Origin: Spirochaetia bacterium
Lineage (GTDB): Bacteria > Spirochaetota > Spirochaetia > UBA9216
Direction of reading: 5' to 3'
Assembly: GCA_963675665.1 (NCBI GenBank)
Contig: OY776510.1
Location: forward strand, 3,648,001-3,712,000
DNA: 64,000 bases
Of this stretch, positions 28,989-39,313 are shown in pieces. A program made the position numbers and the translations under genes. The notes under the pieces are model-generated. The model was not told the origin of the DNA. It saw only the letters and a program-made list of their open reading frames with translations, and did no database searches. The number at the start of each line of letters is the position of its first letter. Within the stretch, counting starts at the first letter, position 1.

Positions 28989-29918
28989 ATGATAAATATT
29001 GAAAATCTCGTCAAGGACTATGGCGATACCAGGGCCCTGAACGGAATCAATGTTTCTATTCCCCGCGGTCAGGTAATCGGCCTGCTAGGTCCCAACGGGG
29101 CCGGTAAAAGCACGACCCTCAGAATACTTACAGGTTACCTCAAACCGACTTCAGGGAAGATTACAGTTAAAGGACTTGATGTTACTGAACATCCCACGGA
29201 AGTAAAAAAGATGATCGGCTACCTTCCGGAATCAGCGCCGCTTTACAGCGAGATGCTTGTTTATGATTATCTTACTTACATTGCTGACCTTCGGGGAATG
29301 AAGAAACCGGAAAAGGAAAAGCGCATAAAAGAACTTTCCCGATTATGCGGCATAAAGGAAGTCATGCATCGCCCCGTCCGTACTCTTTCAAAAGGATACA
29401 AACAGCGTGTAGGTCTTGCCCAGGCACTTATGGATGATCCGGAAATCCTGGTTCTCGATGAGCCTACTTCCGGTCTGGACCCCAACCAGATTGTTGAAAT
29501 AAGATCGATTATTCGCGAAATAGGAAAAGAAAAAACCGTTATTTTTTCAACACATATCCTGAGCGAAGCCGAAGCTGCCTGCAGTCGTATTGTTATTGTC
29601 AATAAAGGCGATATCGCGGCCGACGGTTCAACCGAAATGCTTAAAAACGCCAGAAGCAGCAGCAGAAACCTTGAAATTATAATTGGCGGTGCAGCTATTG
29701 AAGAAGTTGAAAAATTATTCAAATCCGTCGAAGGTGTTTCAATAATTGATATCAGCAATCATGAAGACGGCATTAGACTTAATATAGGATGTAATTCGGA
29801 TATGCGGAAGGACATCTATCTGATGCTGAAAAAAACCGACTGGATCCTTCTGGAAATGATTCAGCAGAAGCAGACGCTTGAAACAATATTCAGAGAAATT
29901 ACCCAGGGGGCTGCATGA
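28989..29918 (+). CDS. ABC transporter ATPase (GldA-like)
   Basis: GPNGAGKST, LSKGYKQRVGLAQA and DEPTSGLDPNQ motifs. Confidence 0.92.
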   Translation: MINIENLVKDYGDTRALNGINVSIPRGQVIGLLGPNGAGKSTTLRILTGYLKPTSGKITVKGLDVTEHPTEVKKMIGYLPESAPLYSEMLVYDYLTYIADLRGMKKPEKEKRIKELSRLCGIKEVMHRPVRTLSKGYKQRVGLAQALMDDPEILVLDEPTSGLDPNQIVEIRSIIREIGKEKTVIFSTHILSEAEAACSRIVIVNKGDIAADGSTEMLKNARSSSRNLEIIIGGAAIEEVEKLFKSVEGVSIIDISNHEDGIRLNIGCNSDMRKDIYLMLKKTDWILLEMIQQKQTLETIFREITQGAA

Positions 29919-30628
29919 TGAAAACTCAATCAACGGGGACAATAATGAAGCGCGAATTCCGCTCTTTTTTCATCTCGCCGGTTGCCTACATCGTTATTGC
30001 AATTTATCTGGCCATAACCGGGTGGTTTTTCTTTTCAACTTTTTTCCTGGCTGGCAGAGCCGATATGCGCGGCTTTTTTAACCTTATGCCCATTATATTT
30101 TCATTTACCATACCGGCGATAACAATGAGGCTTTTCAGCGAAGAATACAGTACCGGATCATTTGAAATGCTGAAAACCCAACCGCTCTCAACTGCTGATA
30201 TAGTCGGCGGAAAATTTCTTGCCTCTGTGCTTTTTATTAACCTGATGCTTGCCCCGACAGTTATCTACGCTGTCAGCATCAGCTTTATCGGCGATCTTGA
30301 CTGGGGGCCTGTTATAGGCGGATACATCGGGGCGGTGCTGCTTGCCGGGGCCTATGCGTCAATCGGCATTTTTGCATCTACTGTTACAAGAAACCAGATA
30401 GTCGCGTTTATAATCAGCGCTGCCGTCTGTATTCTTCTTTCGCTTATAGATCAGCTTACCTGGGTACTGCCGCCGGTAATCGGAAATGTTCTTGCGGCAA
30501 TCGGCACTGCTTTTCACTTCAGCAATATATCGAAAGGAATAATAGATTCACGCGATCTTCTATATTTTGCGTCTATAATTTTCATCGCACTCTATGGTGC
30601 ATGGCTGTTGAACCAGGAGAGGAATTAA
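29915..30628 (+). CDS. ABC-2 permease (GldF-like)
   Basis: REFRSFF.SP.AY, PAITMRLFSEE and GIIDSRDLLYF motifs. Confidence 0.9.
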   Translation: MMKTQSTGTIMKREFRSFFISPVAYIVIAIYLAITGWFFFSTFFLAGRADMRGFFNLMPIIFSFTIPAITMRLFSEEYSTGSFEMLKTQPLSTADIVGGKFLASVLFINLMLAPTVIYAVSISFIGDLDWGPVIGGYIGAVLLAGAYASIGIFASTVTRNQIVAFIISAAVCILLSLIDQLTWVLPPVIGNVLAAIGTAFHFSNISKGIIDSRDLLYFASIIFIALYGAWLLNQERN

Positions 30629-30634
30629 AAGCAT

Positions 30635-32773
30635 ATGAACAGAAAACACGAGATAATACGTTTTGCGCTTTATGCGCTTGTTATCATACTGCTGAACATC
30701 GCTCTTCAGACAGTCTTTTTCAGAATAGACATGACCACCGACGGTTCTTTTTCTCTTACCGAAGCAAGTAAAAATATGGTTTCCGAACTCGAAGAACCTC
30801 TTACAATCAAGGTTTATATAACTGAAAACCTTCCTTATCCATACAATAATCTTGAACAGGATATCAAAGACACCCTGCAGGAATACTCACTTGCCGGCAA
30901 CAGAAATTTCAACTACGACATATACCGGATTCAGAATCTGAATGATGAAAAGGCTGAAGAATCAAGCAGTTATGAAGAAGATGCCCGTAACTACGGAATT
31001 AATCCCATTCAGATTCAGCAGGTTGATCAAAGCGAGATAAACCTCACCTCGGTTTATATGGGAGCTGCTTTCATTCATGCAGATATGATTGAAACAATTC
31101 CTGTTATTAACCCTAATGAAAATATCGAATATATAATCACTTCAACAGTCATGAAAATGCAGGCAAAAACCAGCAGACTGTTGTCTCTTGATCAGGACAT
31201 CAGAATTAAACTATTTCTTTCAAGTTCTTTATTCGATATAGCCGGCGATCTGAAAACTTACCCTGAACAGCTTGAAGCGGTTACAAATTCTCTCAATAGA
31301 GACAACTATAACAGAATCAGTTATGAATGGATTAATACAGCCGACAGTTCGCCTTCCGAAGCTGAAAAATACGGTCTTTCTCCTTTCAGTTTCAAAGACA
31401 ATTCAGGCAAGGTCAGAAATTATTATGCATCAGCCGTTATAGCCTACGGCGATGATTTCACAAGCTTCGACGTCCTGTCCCGCGGGCTTTTCGGATATTC
31501 CATTCAGGATCCTGCCGGGCTGGAAGATAATCTGAACTCGGTTATCGAACGTCTTATAGGCGTCGGCAATAAAATCATCTGGCTCAGTGATCATGGAACA
31601 GTCCAACCCTACAACAGACAGCAACAGTACGGAGAACCTACGGTTAATTCATTCATGACGCTTGTCTCGGACCGTTATAATATCGAACAGGCAGCAGTAA
31701 GCTCCGATATCCTTCCGGAAGGCGCAGGTTCAATGATAATTGCCCGGCCCCAGCCTTTCAGCCCTTTTTCCGACTGGGATCTGTACCAGATTGATCAGTT
31801 CCTGATGAAAGGCGGAAACGTTGCTGTTTTTATGGACGGCTTTATGGAATACCTGCCCCAGCAACAGGGAACTCAGCAGCAGCAACCGATTTATATTCCC
31901 CGCAACACCGGTCTTGAAAAACTGCTTGAACACTATGGTGTAACGGTTGAACAGTCCTTTGTTATGGATGAAAACTGTTTTCATCAGCAACAGCAGAGCG
32001 CCCAGGGCATTATGGATATACCCGTCTATTTTGCACCAACAATCGGACCTGAAAAGATTAATACGTCTCTTCCCTATCTTGACGGAATAAAGGGCCTGAT
32101 AACGCTGAACAACTCCCCGGTGAAAATAAACGAAGACCTTCCCGAAGGCAGAACAGCGGAAGTTCTATTTTCATCTTCTGATGATTCATGGATTGTCGAT
32201 GATCCTCAGCAGATTAATCTGTACAATCCCATGATGATTATGCCTCCGTCAAACCCTGAAGACAGGGGAAGCTATCCTCTTGCTGCGGTTGTTGAAGGCA
32301 GCTTTACTTCGTATTTTGCCGACAAGGGTATTCCCGAACGTCCGGATCCTGAAGAGGCAGCTGGTCCTGCAGCCGAACCCCCTGATGAGGATTACCTGAT
32401 AGAAATGGACCGTGTTTCCCGTGAGGAAAACATGATTAAATCTACAGACAGAGCCCGGCTTTTCGTGTTCGGTTCTTCTCTTGCACTATCCGACAGCCTT
32501 GTTGACCAGAACGGCTCGTCAACCAATTCCATTATGATTATGAATATTCTCGATGAGATGAACGGAAAAGGAGCCTTTGCATCAATGCGGAAAAAAGGTC
32601 TCAATTATAATCCGCTTGATGAAACTGCACCAAAGGTTAAAACCGCCGTTAAAACATTTAATATGGCTGTTATTCCGCTGCTTGTAATACTTGCCGGACT
32701 TCTGGTCTGGTTCAGATGGACAAGACGACAAAAAAAGATTGCGGCAATGTTTACGGAGGCTGAAAATGAATAA
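30635..32773 (+). CDS. GldG-family ABC auxiliary/periplasmic component
   Basis: RIDMT....SLTEAS and LYQIDQFLMKGG motifs; N- and C-terminal TM helices. Confidence 0.88.
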   Translation: MNRKHEIIRFALYALVIILLNIALQTVFFRIDMTTDGSFSLTEASKNMVSELEEPLTIKVYITENLPYPYNNLEQDIKDTLQEYSLAGNRNFNYDIYRIQNLNDEKAEESSSYEEDARNYGINPIQIQQVDQSEINLTSVYMGAAFIHADMIETIPVINPNENIEYIITSTVMKMQAKTSRLLSLDQDIRIKLFLSSSLFDIAGDLKTYPEQLEAVTNSLNRDNYNRISYEWINTADSSPSEAEKYGLSPFSFKDNSGKVRNYYASAVIAYGDDFTSFDVLSRGLFGYSIQDPAGLEDNLNSVIERLIGVGNKIIWLSDHGTVQPYNRQQQYGEPTVNSFMTLVSDRYNIEQAAVSSDILPEGAGSMIIARPQPFSPFSDWDLYQIDQFLMKGGNVAVFMDGFMEYLPQQQGTQQQQPIYIPRNTGLEKLLEHYGVTVEQSFVMDENCFHQQQQSAQGIMDIPVYFAPTIGPEKINTSLPYLDGIKGLITLNNSPVKINEDLPEGRTAEVLFSSSDDSWIVDDPQQINLYNPMMIMPPSNPEDRGSYPLAAVVEGSFTSYFADKGIPERPDPEEAAGPAAEPPDEDYLIEMDRVSREENMIKSTDRARLFVFGSSLALSDSLVDQNGSSTNSIMIMNILDEMNGKGAFASMRKKGLNYNPLDETAPKVKTAVKTFNMAVIPLLVILAGLLVWFRWTRRQKKIAAMFTEAENE

Positions 32774-33656
32774 GCTAAAAATCTACAGGGAATATATAAT
32801 TCTTGCCTTAATTGCAGCACTTCTTGTTTTATACATCATTTTCAGAAGCGCCGGAAATATTAATTACATTCTGCCCGAACCTGCAGTACTTGACGGGGAA
32901 AGTATCAGCGGCATAACAATTCAGGGAGCTGAAGTCAATCTTGAGTTTATTAAAACGGACGGCCAGTGGTATATAGAGCCTGAAGGCTGGCACGCCGACA
33001 ACAGCCTCCTGAATCCTATAGTTAAAGCCCTTGCTGATGTAAAGATTGCAGATCTTATATCTACTTCAGGAAATCCCGCATTCTACGATTTGAACGAAGG
33101 CAAACGTATCCTGGTTAAGGCATACAGCGGTAATGAAACAGTCAGGGAACTTTTTGTCGGTAAAGTATCCTCAACCGGAATATATACTTACATGATGTTT
33201 CCCGGGGACGACAATATTTACTCGATAAGAGGCGATCTGCCCTCACGAGTATCGGACAGGGATTCAATGCGCGATAAAAAGTTTTTAAATATCAATCGTA
33301 ATTCCGTTATCAGGATGACGCTTAATACAGCAGTGACCAAACCCGTTGCGCTCACGAAAAACTCCGACGGCATCTGGATCAGCGACAGCTTTGAAGCTGA
33401 CGATTCCGCTGTAAAAGCAGCTGTAAACATGCTTGATCCGCTTCGCTGCAAGAGTTTTCTTTATGATACGCCTGCCGACAGCCCTGAATGGACAGTTATT
33501 ATCTATACAGATGAAGGCGAAGAAAAACTTGAAATCTGGCCCGAATCGAATGAATTATACCCCGCGCGCTGTTCGCAGAACGGTTACTTTGTAAATGCAA
33601 CACCTTATGCAGTTGAAAAACTGCTTGGAGCATTCGGAGTCGTTTTCAGCGACTAA
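32766..33656 (+). CDS. DUF4340-like membrane-anchored protein
   Basis: N-terminal TM; usual fourth gene of GldA/F/G-like operons; ATG overlaps the upstream gene end. Confidence 0.75.
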   Translation: MNKLKIYREYIILALIAALLVLYIIFRSAGNINYILPEPAVLDGESISGITIQGAEVNLEFIKTDGQWYIEPEGWHADNSLLNPIVKALADVKIADLISTSGNPAFYDLNEGKRILVKAYSGNETVRELFVGKVSSTGIYTYMMFPGDDNIYSIRGDLPSRVSDRDSMRDKKFLNINRNSVIRMTLNTAVTKPVALTKNSDGIWISDSFEADDSAVKAAVNMLDPLRCKSFLYDTPADSPEWTVIIYTDEGEEKLEIWPESNELYPARCSQNGYFVNATPYAVEKLLGAFGVVFSD

Positions 33657-33668
33657 AAACATCCCGGC

Positions 33669-33699
33669 GGCTGCAGCCTTACGGTTGCAGCCTTATTTT
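33669..33699. terminator. Terminator between convergent genes
   Basis: GGCTGCAGCC-TTAC-GGTTGCAGCC-TTATTTT. Confidence 0.7.
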
Positions 33700-34431
33700 T
33701 CAGCCTTGGGAGAGCTTCAGTTTTATATTCCATAAACGGTTAAGGGTCTCCTCCAGCCGATTTCCAAGCGCATCGCCTCCCGGGGTCGTTACATCATCCA
33801 TATTTTCAAATTCTGAATACGGTACCTTTATGTCGCGAACAGTAATAAACTCCCGGGATTTTGCTGTAAAATCTTCCCAGTCGCTTTCTTTATAAAGACG
33901 TTCCATCTTTTCATCAGGAAGCCCGTGCTCAAGAATGCTGTGCGGTTTATCAGGGTTGAAACGTCTTCGGTTTTTTCTGAGTGATTCTTCAAAATCAACA
34001 TTTATATAAAGTATTGCTCCGGCTTTCAGAACCTCATCGGAAAAATTATTAAAAGCCTCTTTCCAGCCTCCGTGCTCTGATCCCCTGGCAAATTCAAGCA
34101 CAGCAGTATGTTCTGATTTGAATTTCGGCTGGTCTGCAAGCATCTTGTTATAATCAAGATCAATTCTCTGAATCAGTAAATTCCAAAGATAATTATGTTT
34201 AAAATAGCCGTCTTCAGTTGAATGAATTCGCTCTTTTCCCATGCGCTGAAGCAGCGCATCTTCCTCGAACCATGTCCATAACATGGGAAAATCGTCAATC
34301 TCTTTAAAATCTCCTATATGAAACCGTTTTTGCCGTTCTTCCCTGCTGCATGCTTTCAGATATTTAATTATCTCGCTTTTTCCGGCGGCAGGTCTGCCGA
34401 TTGAAAATATTATGGAAAAATTCTCATTCAT
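33700..34431 (-). CDS. Uncharacterised P-loop kinase-like protein
   Basis: N-terminal Walker A GRPAAGKS; EFARG; ILYINVDFEESLRKNRRR lid-like motif. Confidence 0.8.
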   Translation of the reverse strand: MNENFSIIFSIGRPAAGKSEIIKYLKACSREERQKRFHIGDFKEIDDFPMLWTWFEEDALLQRMGKERIHSTEDGYFKHNYLWNLLIQRIDLDYNKMLADQPKFKSEHTAVLEFARGSEHGGWKEAFNNFSDEVLKAGAILYINVDFEESLRKNRRRFNPDKPHSILEHGLPDEKMERLYKESDWEDFTAKSREFITVRDIKVPYSEFENMDDVTTPGGDALGNRLEETLNRLWNIKLKLSQG

Positions 34432-34468
34432 ACTTCATTATACCATAAAAAATCATTATGATGAAAAT

Positions 34469-35467
34469 GTGCACAGATATATTAAAATCATAATACCGCT
34501 TGCAATTCTCATTTTACTGCTTATAGCTGCCGTATTCGGGTTTTCTTATTACGAGAAGCTTGAGTTTTTTGATGCGCTTTGGATGACCGTAACTACCGTA
34601 CTCACTGTAGGTTACGGGGATCTTATTCCCGGGTCCCATGAAGGCAGGCTTATTGCAATTCTCCTTGTTCCTGTCTGCATTCTGCTTTTTACATATTTCA
34701 TGGGACTTATCATAAGCGCACTTGTTGAATTTAATATATCCGTACAGAAAAGGAGCAGAAGCATGGAACGCAAAATAAAGAGAATGAACAAGCATATTAT
34801 CGTCTGCGGCCTTAACCAGATGAGCCAGATTATAATCGACCGAATACAGAAGGAAAAACGTGATTTTGTGCTTATCGAACCTGACGAAACCCGCTGCGAA
34901 CCATTCATTGAGAAATTTAATATCGTTCTCGGCGATCCGTGCGAAGAAGATGTTCTTAAGCGGGCGGGTATTGAAAAAGCCGAGGGTTTGATTACAACCG
35001 GCAGCGATGCGGAAAATGTTCTTGTTGTTCTGACAGCCAGAGGCATGAACAGCAATCTAAGAATCACATCAAGCGCAGAGCGTATTGAAAGCGAATCAAA
35101 GCTTATAAAAGCCGGGGCCGACAAGGTTATAAACCCCGAGCGTATCGGCGGCACCAGAATTGCATTATCGGTTCTCAAACCTGCGGCCGTTGATTATATG
35201 GACAGGGTTTTTACATCTGATAACGACAATTTCAAGATCAATGAACTTTTCATCTCGGAAGGTTCAAGCCTTTCCGGTGCAACCATAAGAAATGCCGAAA
35301 TAAGAAACCGGTACAACCTGAGTGTAATGGCAGTTAAACGTGAAGGAAATATCTACACATCGGAGTTGGCCGATTTTATTCTTCAGCCGAATGATACTCT
35401 CATTGTATTCGGCAAAGAAGAAAATCTGGATGTATTTACAGAAACCACACGTGCGGACAATATATAA
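34469..35467 (+). CDS. Potassium channel with TrkA-N/TrkA-C (RCK) domains
   Basis: TVGYGD selectivity filter; HIIVCG; AGADKVINP; GTG start at 34469 inferred from promoter geometry. Confidence 0.92.
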   Translation: MHRYIKIIIPLAILILLLIAAVFGFSYYEKLEFFDALWMTVTTVLTVGYGDLIPGSHEGRLIAILLVPVCILLFTYFMGLIISALVEFNISVQKRSRSMERKIKRMNKHIIVCGLNQMSQIIIDRIQKEKRDFVLIEPDETRCEPFIEKFNIVLGDPCEEDVLKRAGIEKAEGLITTGSDAENVLVVLTARGMNSNLRITSSAERIESESKLIKAGADKVINPERIGGTRIALSVLKPAAVDYMDRVFTSDNDNFKINELFISEGSSLSGATIRNAEIRNRYNLSVMAVKREGNIYTSELADFILQPNDTLIVFGKEENLDVFTETTRADNI

Positions 35468-35469
35468 GA

Positions 35470-37845
35470 TTATTCCGGCATAATGTTTAATCGATAATAT
35501 TCCCTTCCATTGTCAAAATAAATTGATATTGAATTATTTTGATAAACCAAAGTACTTTCAATTCGGTTCTGAAATTTTCCGGATTTTATCTCGCTAAAAA
35601 ATGTTTTTAACCGAAGCGGAGTCTCTCCGTTGTTTTCTATATATTCAACTATCTCATTTTCAAAATTAATGAATTCAAAAGCATAGGCCGTATCTTTATT
35701 TCCGTCAAAAAGAACAACTGCGGGAGCATATTCCATTATACTGGTATCAAAGGATAAATTTAAATGTTCAATACTCCGGTTGATTTTTTGAAGATTCAAA
35801 CCTGCCGCTTCAAGATAAAGCACGGGATTTTCATAAAAAATGTATCCGGCAGCTCCATTTTCAAGAATACTGTAGTAATAATTAATTCTCCGTTCTATAT
35901 GGGTTTCATAATAATCATACATCCATTTTTTATTATAACGTATTGATTCCGAATATCTTTTGATTTTATCCAGGATTACACCGGAGTGCATTGTTACCGT
36001 ATATAATTTTGGATAATCAATTCTGTAAAGTCCTGTGATATTCAGAATTTTTTCAATGCCCGAATAGGTCATGTCCGATAAACTCGTACTGAAGTTCTGC
36101 CCTCCCAGGTTCATTTTGCCGGCTTTAATTACCTTCAGGAATTCCCTGTTACGGTGAATTAATTCCATTAATTCTCCGCGGTTTTCTTTTTGCAGCTCTT
36201 CAGGCTTATCTGTTGACAGTTCTTTTTTGTTAAACAATCCGGAAACCGGATCATCATTCAGCAAATGATAACGTTTTATAATTTCAGGATTGATATTCTG
36301 CTCCTGTTTATCCCTTACGAAAACCATTCGCATATTCGAAACTTCCGGAATTGCCGATTCAACTATCAGGCACCCGCCAACTGCCTCAGCAGTAAATGCA
36401 AAAGTTTCAAGATCAAACGGTGAAAAATATTCCGACAAACCTTTTATATTTTCTTCAGGTACATCCAGGGTAACCATAAAAAGTTTTGCTGTCCCGTCAC
36501 GCCCCGGAAGATGCCGCGGAAGGTAATACCACATCTCGACCGGATGAAAATCAATTTCCAGCATGCCGTTTTTATTTGAAACGTTCATAACACAGGAGCC
36601 TTCATAGATATTAAACCCGTCAAGTAACAAATCAATATCATCAAGGGGCTTGTCGTCATACCACATTTTTCCGTAATAAATATTGTCGACAGCAGGTCCG
36701 TATTCAGCCTTAATGCCTGTTTCAAGAAAATCGACCAGTTTTAACGGCGTTTTCTTAAAACTCCATGTTGTATCTTTTAATTGCTTATAATAAAAACCGG
36801 GCTCTCCGGAGACGTCTGTTCCGGCCACTCTCATTTCACGGGCGTCATTGCCTCTTCCATTCTGTAAAATCGAAATTCTTTTTGTTAACATTGCATGGCC
36901 GCCCAGTTCTATTTCAGGCTGCTTCCGCCAGTTTTCAGCCGGCAATGCCCAGTAGTTAAAATTAGTACGGTAATCAGAACCTGGCCTTTCATCCAGATAT
37001 TTGCCATCATATGTATATTTAAAAAACATTGGATCGCTGCCGACTGTATCATAATCGACAAGCCGGGTATACATCTCCCCGGCAGAATTTATTACGAACA
37101 CGGTGGAAGCGCTGGCACTTAACGATTCGGCGATAAAAGTGCCTCTTTCGGGCCCAAGAATATTGTGACTGAAATCGGAAGGAAGCCCGGGATCGGCAAA
37201 TTTTATTTCCCGCCCGTCGTTCATCAAAAAATAATTTGTTACTACGCCGATGGTTCCGTAATGATGCTGGTTACCGTTTACATCCTCATACCATAAAACT
37301 TCTTCTCCGCGACGGCTCATTGCCCAGCTCTTTTTTTTCTCTATTTCTGAATTTATTCTCAGAGTAGTCTTTTCGGGAAAGCCTGTCTCCTGCACCCACC
37401 GCCGCCTGTTTCTGAAAGATTTTTTTTCCAGTTTGATATTGTAAAAAATTCCCTCATCTGAAAGTGCATAAAGTTCATCACTGTCGGCGCTGATTTCTAC
37501 AATAGCTTTCGGTTCATCAAATTTAATTTCCAGTTTATTTTCCGGAAGCCCCGTTTTATTAAAAATTGTCCATAGTTCAGGATTTTTCCCATCAATATCC
37601 TTATAAAATATTTTTCCTTTATACAACTGAAATTCGTATAGCGAATTAAACGTCTGAGTTTTGGTTTTAATATAAACATGATCAGGAAACAACCCGTTTA
37701 TATTTTCCGAATATTCATCTTCCAGATAAATATCGGATTCAAGAAAATCGTAATCCTGGTTATTTACAATTCCTGTTGCGCATGAAGAATATAAAATCAA
37801 CACTAATATTAAAAAAAAAGATATTTTTATTTCGGCTTTTATCAT
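35470..37845 (-). CDS. Large hypothetical lipoprotein
   Basis: Signal peptide with lipobox-like YSSC after ATG 37845; 791 aa; beta-rich N-terminal two thirds. Confidence 0.8.
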   Translation of the reverse strand: MIKAEIKISFFLILVLILYSSCATGIVNNQDYDFLESDIYLEDEYSENINGLFPDHVYIKTKTQTFNSLYEFQLYKGKIFYKDIDGKNPELWTIFNKTGLPENKLEIKFDEPKAIVEISADSDELYALSDEGIFYNIKLEKKSFRNRRRWVQETGFPEKTTLRINSEIEKKKSWAMSRRGEEVLWYEDVNGNQHHYGTIGVVTNYFLMNDGREIKFADPGLPSDFSHNILGPERGTFIAESLSASASTVFVINSAGEMYTRLVDYDTVGSDPMFFKYTYDGKYLDERPGSDYRTNFNYWALPAENWRKQPEIELGGHAMLTKRISILQNGRGNDAREMRVAGTDVSGEPGFYYKQLKDTTWSFKKTPLKLVDFLETGIKAEYGPAVDNIYYGKMWYDDKPLDDIDLLLDGFNIYEGSCVMNVSNKNGMLEIDFHPVEMWYYLPRHLPGRDGTAKLFMVTLDVPEENIKGLSEYFSPFDLETFAFTAEAVGGCLIVESAIPEVSNMRMVFVRDKQEQNINPEIIKRYHLLNDDPVSGLFNKKELSTDKPEELQKENRGELMELIHRNREFLKVIKAGKMNLGGQNFSTSLSDMTYSGIEKILNITGLYRIDYPKLYTVTMHSGVILDKIKRYSESIRYNKKWMYDYYETHIERRINYYYSILENGAAGYIFYENPVLYLEAAGLNLQKINRSIEHLNLSFDTSIMEYAPAVVLFDGNKDTAYAFEFINFENEIVEYIENNGETPLRLKTFFSEIKSGKFQNRIESTLVYQNNSISIYFDNGREYYRLNIMPE

Positions 37846-37895
37846 GTCAAATAATATAATGCTGTTCCGAAGAAAAAACAAATCGGCTAATTCTT

Positions 37896-38408
37896 TTACA
37901 TTGCAGATCTCAATATTTTTTTTATTCTTCTCCATTCCGAATATTTATCATCGTAAGCCATGGTGTTTGCAGGGCTTGTTGAAGGTAAAATATGCCATTC
38001 AAGTTTGCGATCTTCAAGAAGCTGATACCCGAATTCCCTGTTAAAACTGTCGAAAGCCTTCTTTCCGTTAAAAAAAACGGCGAGAAGCCCGGGAAGCCTG
38101 TCGATTAACCCGATTACTGCATTAGGTTTTTCTTCCCTTATGTTGCTGTCAAGACTCCCTTCCCGAATGCAGCTTCCTATAACATCCCATAAGGCTATAT
38201 TTCCGTTAAATAACATTTTTTCTTTATCAGAATATTTTTCAGGTATTGTGCATTCCTGAATCTGAGATATTATTCTCCAGAACTGGTTTCTCGGGTAGCC
38301 GTAATATTCCTGTTTTCTTAGCGATTCCTCTCCAGGCATTGATCCGAGAATCAGCACTACCGAAACATCTGATAAAATCGGTGCAAGCCCATGTTTTTTC
38401 TTGTTCAT
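37896..38408 (-). CDS. DNA-deoxyinosine glycosylase (UDG superfamily)
   Basis: LILGSMPG.ESL...YY..PRNQFW, LWDV, GSLDSNI and LPSTSPAN motifs. Confidence 0.92.
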   Translation of the reverse strand: MNKKKHGLAPILSDVSVVLILGSMPGEESLRKQEYYGYPRNQFWRIISQIQECTIPEKYSDKEKMLFNGNIALWDVIGSCIREGSLDSNIREEKPNAVIGLIDRLPGLLAVFFNGKKAFDSFNREFGYQLLEDRKLEWHILPSTSPANTMAYDDKYSEWRRIKKILRSAM

Positions 38409-38485
38409 GTCAGGTAATATAACTCTTTTAAATTATGCCGGCAATGACGGATGCTTTTTTAATCAGATTCTGTTACATTTATTTT

Positions 38486-39271
38486 ATGGCGAAGAAACAT
38501 AAAATCTCTTTTGAGGAATTTTATTCACAACTATACATTGACCGCTGGCAGGATCTTAAGAATGCGCTTCTCGGCGACTCCGTCTATTTAAGTATAGATA
38601 ACAACCTTCTGAAGCCCTACTACCTTGACCCTGCTTCAGCTGCTCCGGCAAGGGCCCTTGACGTTTTGCCGGGTGATATTGTTCTTGATATGTGCGCCGC
38701 ACCCGGTGGAAAAACACTTCTGCTTGCCCTTGCTTTGGCCGGAACCGGTTCGCTTACATCAAATGATCGTTCTGCTGATCGAAGACGCAGACTTCATAAG
38801 GTAATCACTGAGCACCTTCCGCTGGAACTACGAAAGAATATCAATATTACCGGGCATGATGCAACGCGCTGGGGCTTATTTGAGAAGAATGTTTATGACA
38901 GGATTTTGCTGGATGCCCCCTGTTCGTCTGAAGAACATGTTTTAAAATCTCCTCCTCATCTGGAAAAATGGTCGCCCGCCCGCACAAGGCAGCTGGCAGT
39001 GCAGGCGCATGCAATGCTTGCTGCTGCTGTGGAAGCGGTTAAACCCGGCGGTACCATTATATACAGTACCTGCTCGCTGTCGCCCTTTGAAAACGACGGT
39101 GTTATCGGGAAACTATTGAAAAAACGCGGCGATATTGTTACCGTTTCTGCTTTAAATGAATCCGACTCCATCCCCGGTGGAGAAGTTACAACATACGGGA
39201 AAATTTTTCTTCCTGACAGGTGCGGGGGCTGCGGGCCTATTTATTATGTTAAACTGATTAAAAACAGTTAA
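38486..39271 (+). CDS. RsmB/NOL1/NOP2 RNA m5C methyltransferase
   Basis: DMCAAPGGKT, ILLDAPCS and YSTCS motifs. Confidence 0.92.
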   Translation: MAKKHKISFEEFYSQLYIDRWQDLKNALLGDSVYLSIDNNLLKPYYLDPASAAPARALDVLPGDIVLDMCAAPGGKTLLLALALAGTGSLTSNDRSADRRRRLHKVITEHLPLELRKNINITGHDATRWGLFEKNVYDRILLDAPCSSEEHVLKSPPHLEKWSPARTRQLAVQAHAMLAAAVEAVKPGGTIIYSTCSLSPFENDGVIGKLLKKRGDIVTVSALNESDSIPGGEVTTYGKIFLPDRCGGCGPIYYVKLIKNS

Positions 39272-39313
39272 CGGCATTGACTTAATAAAGCTCAATATGT
39301 AGGTTTAATTCAA

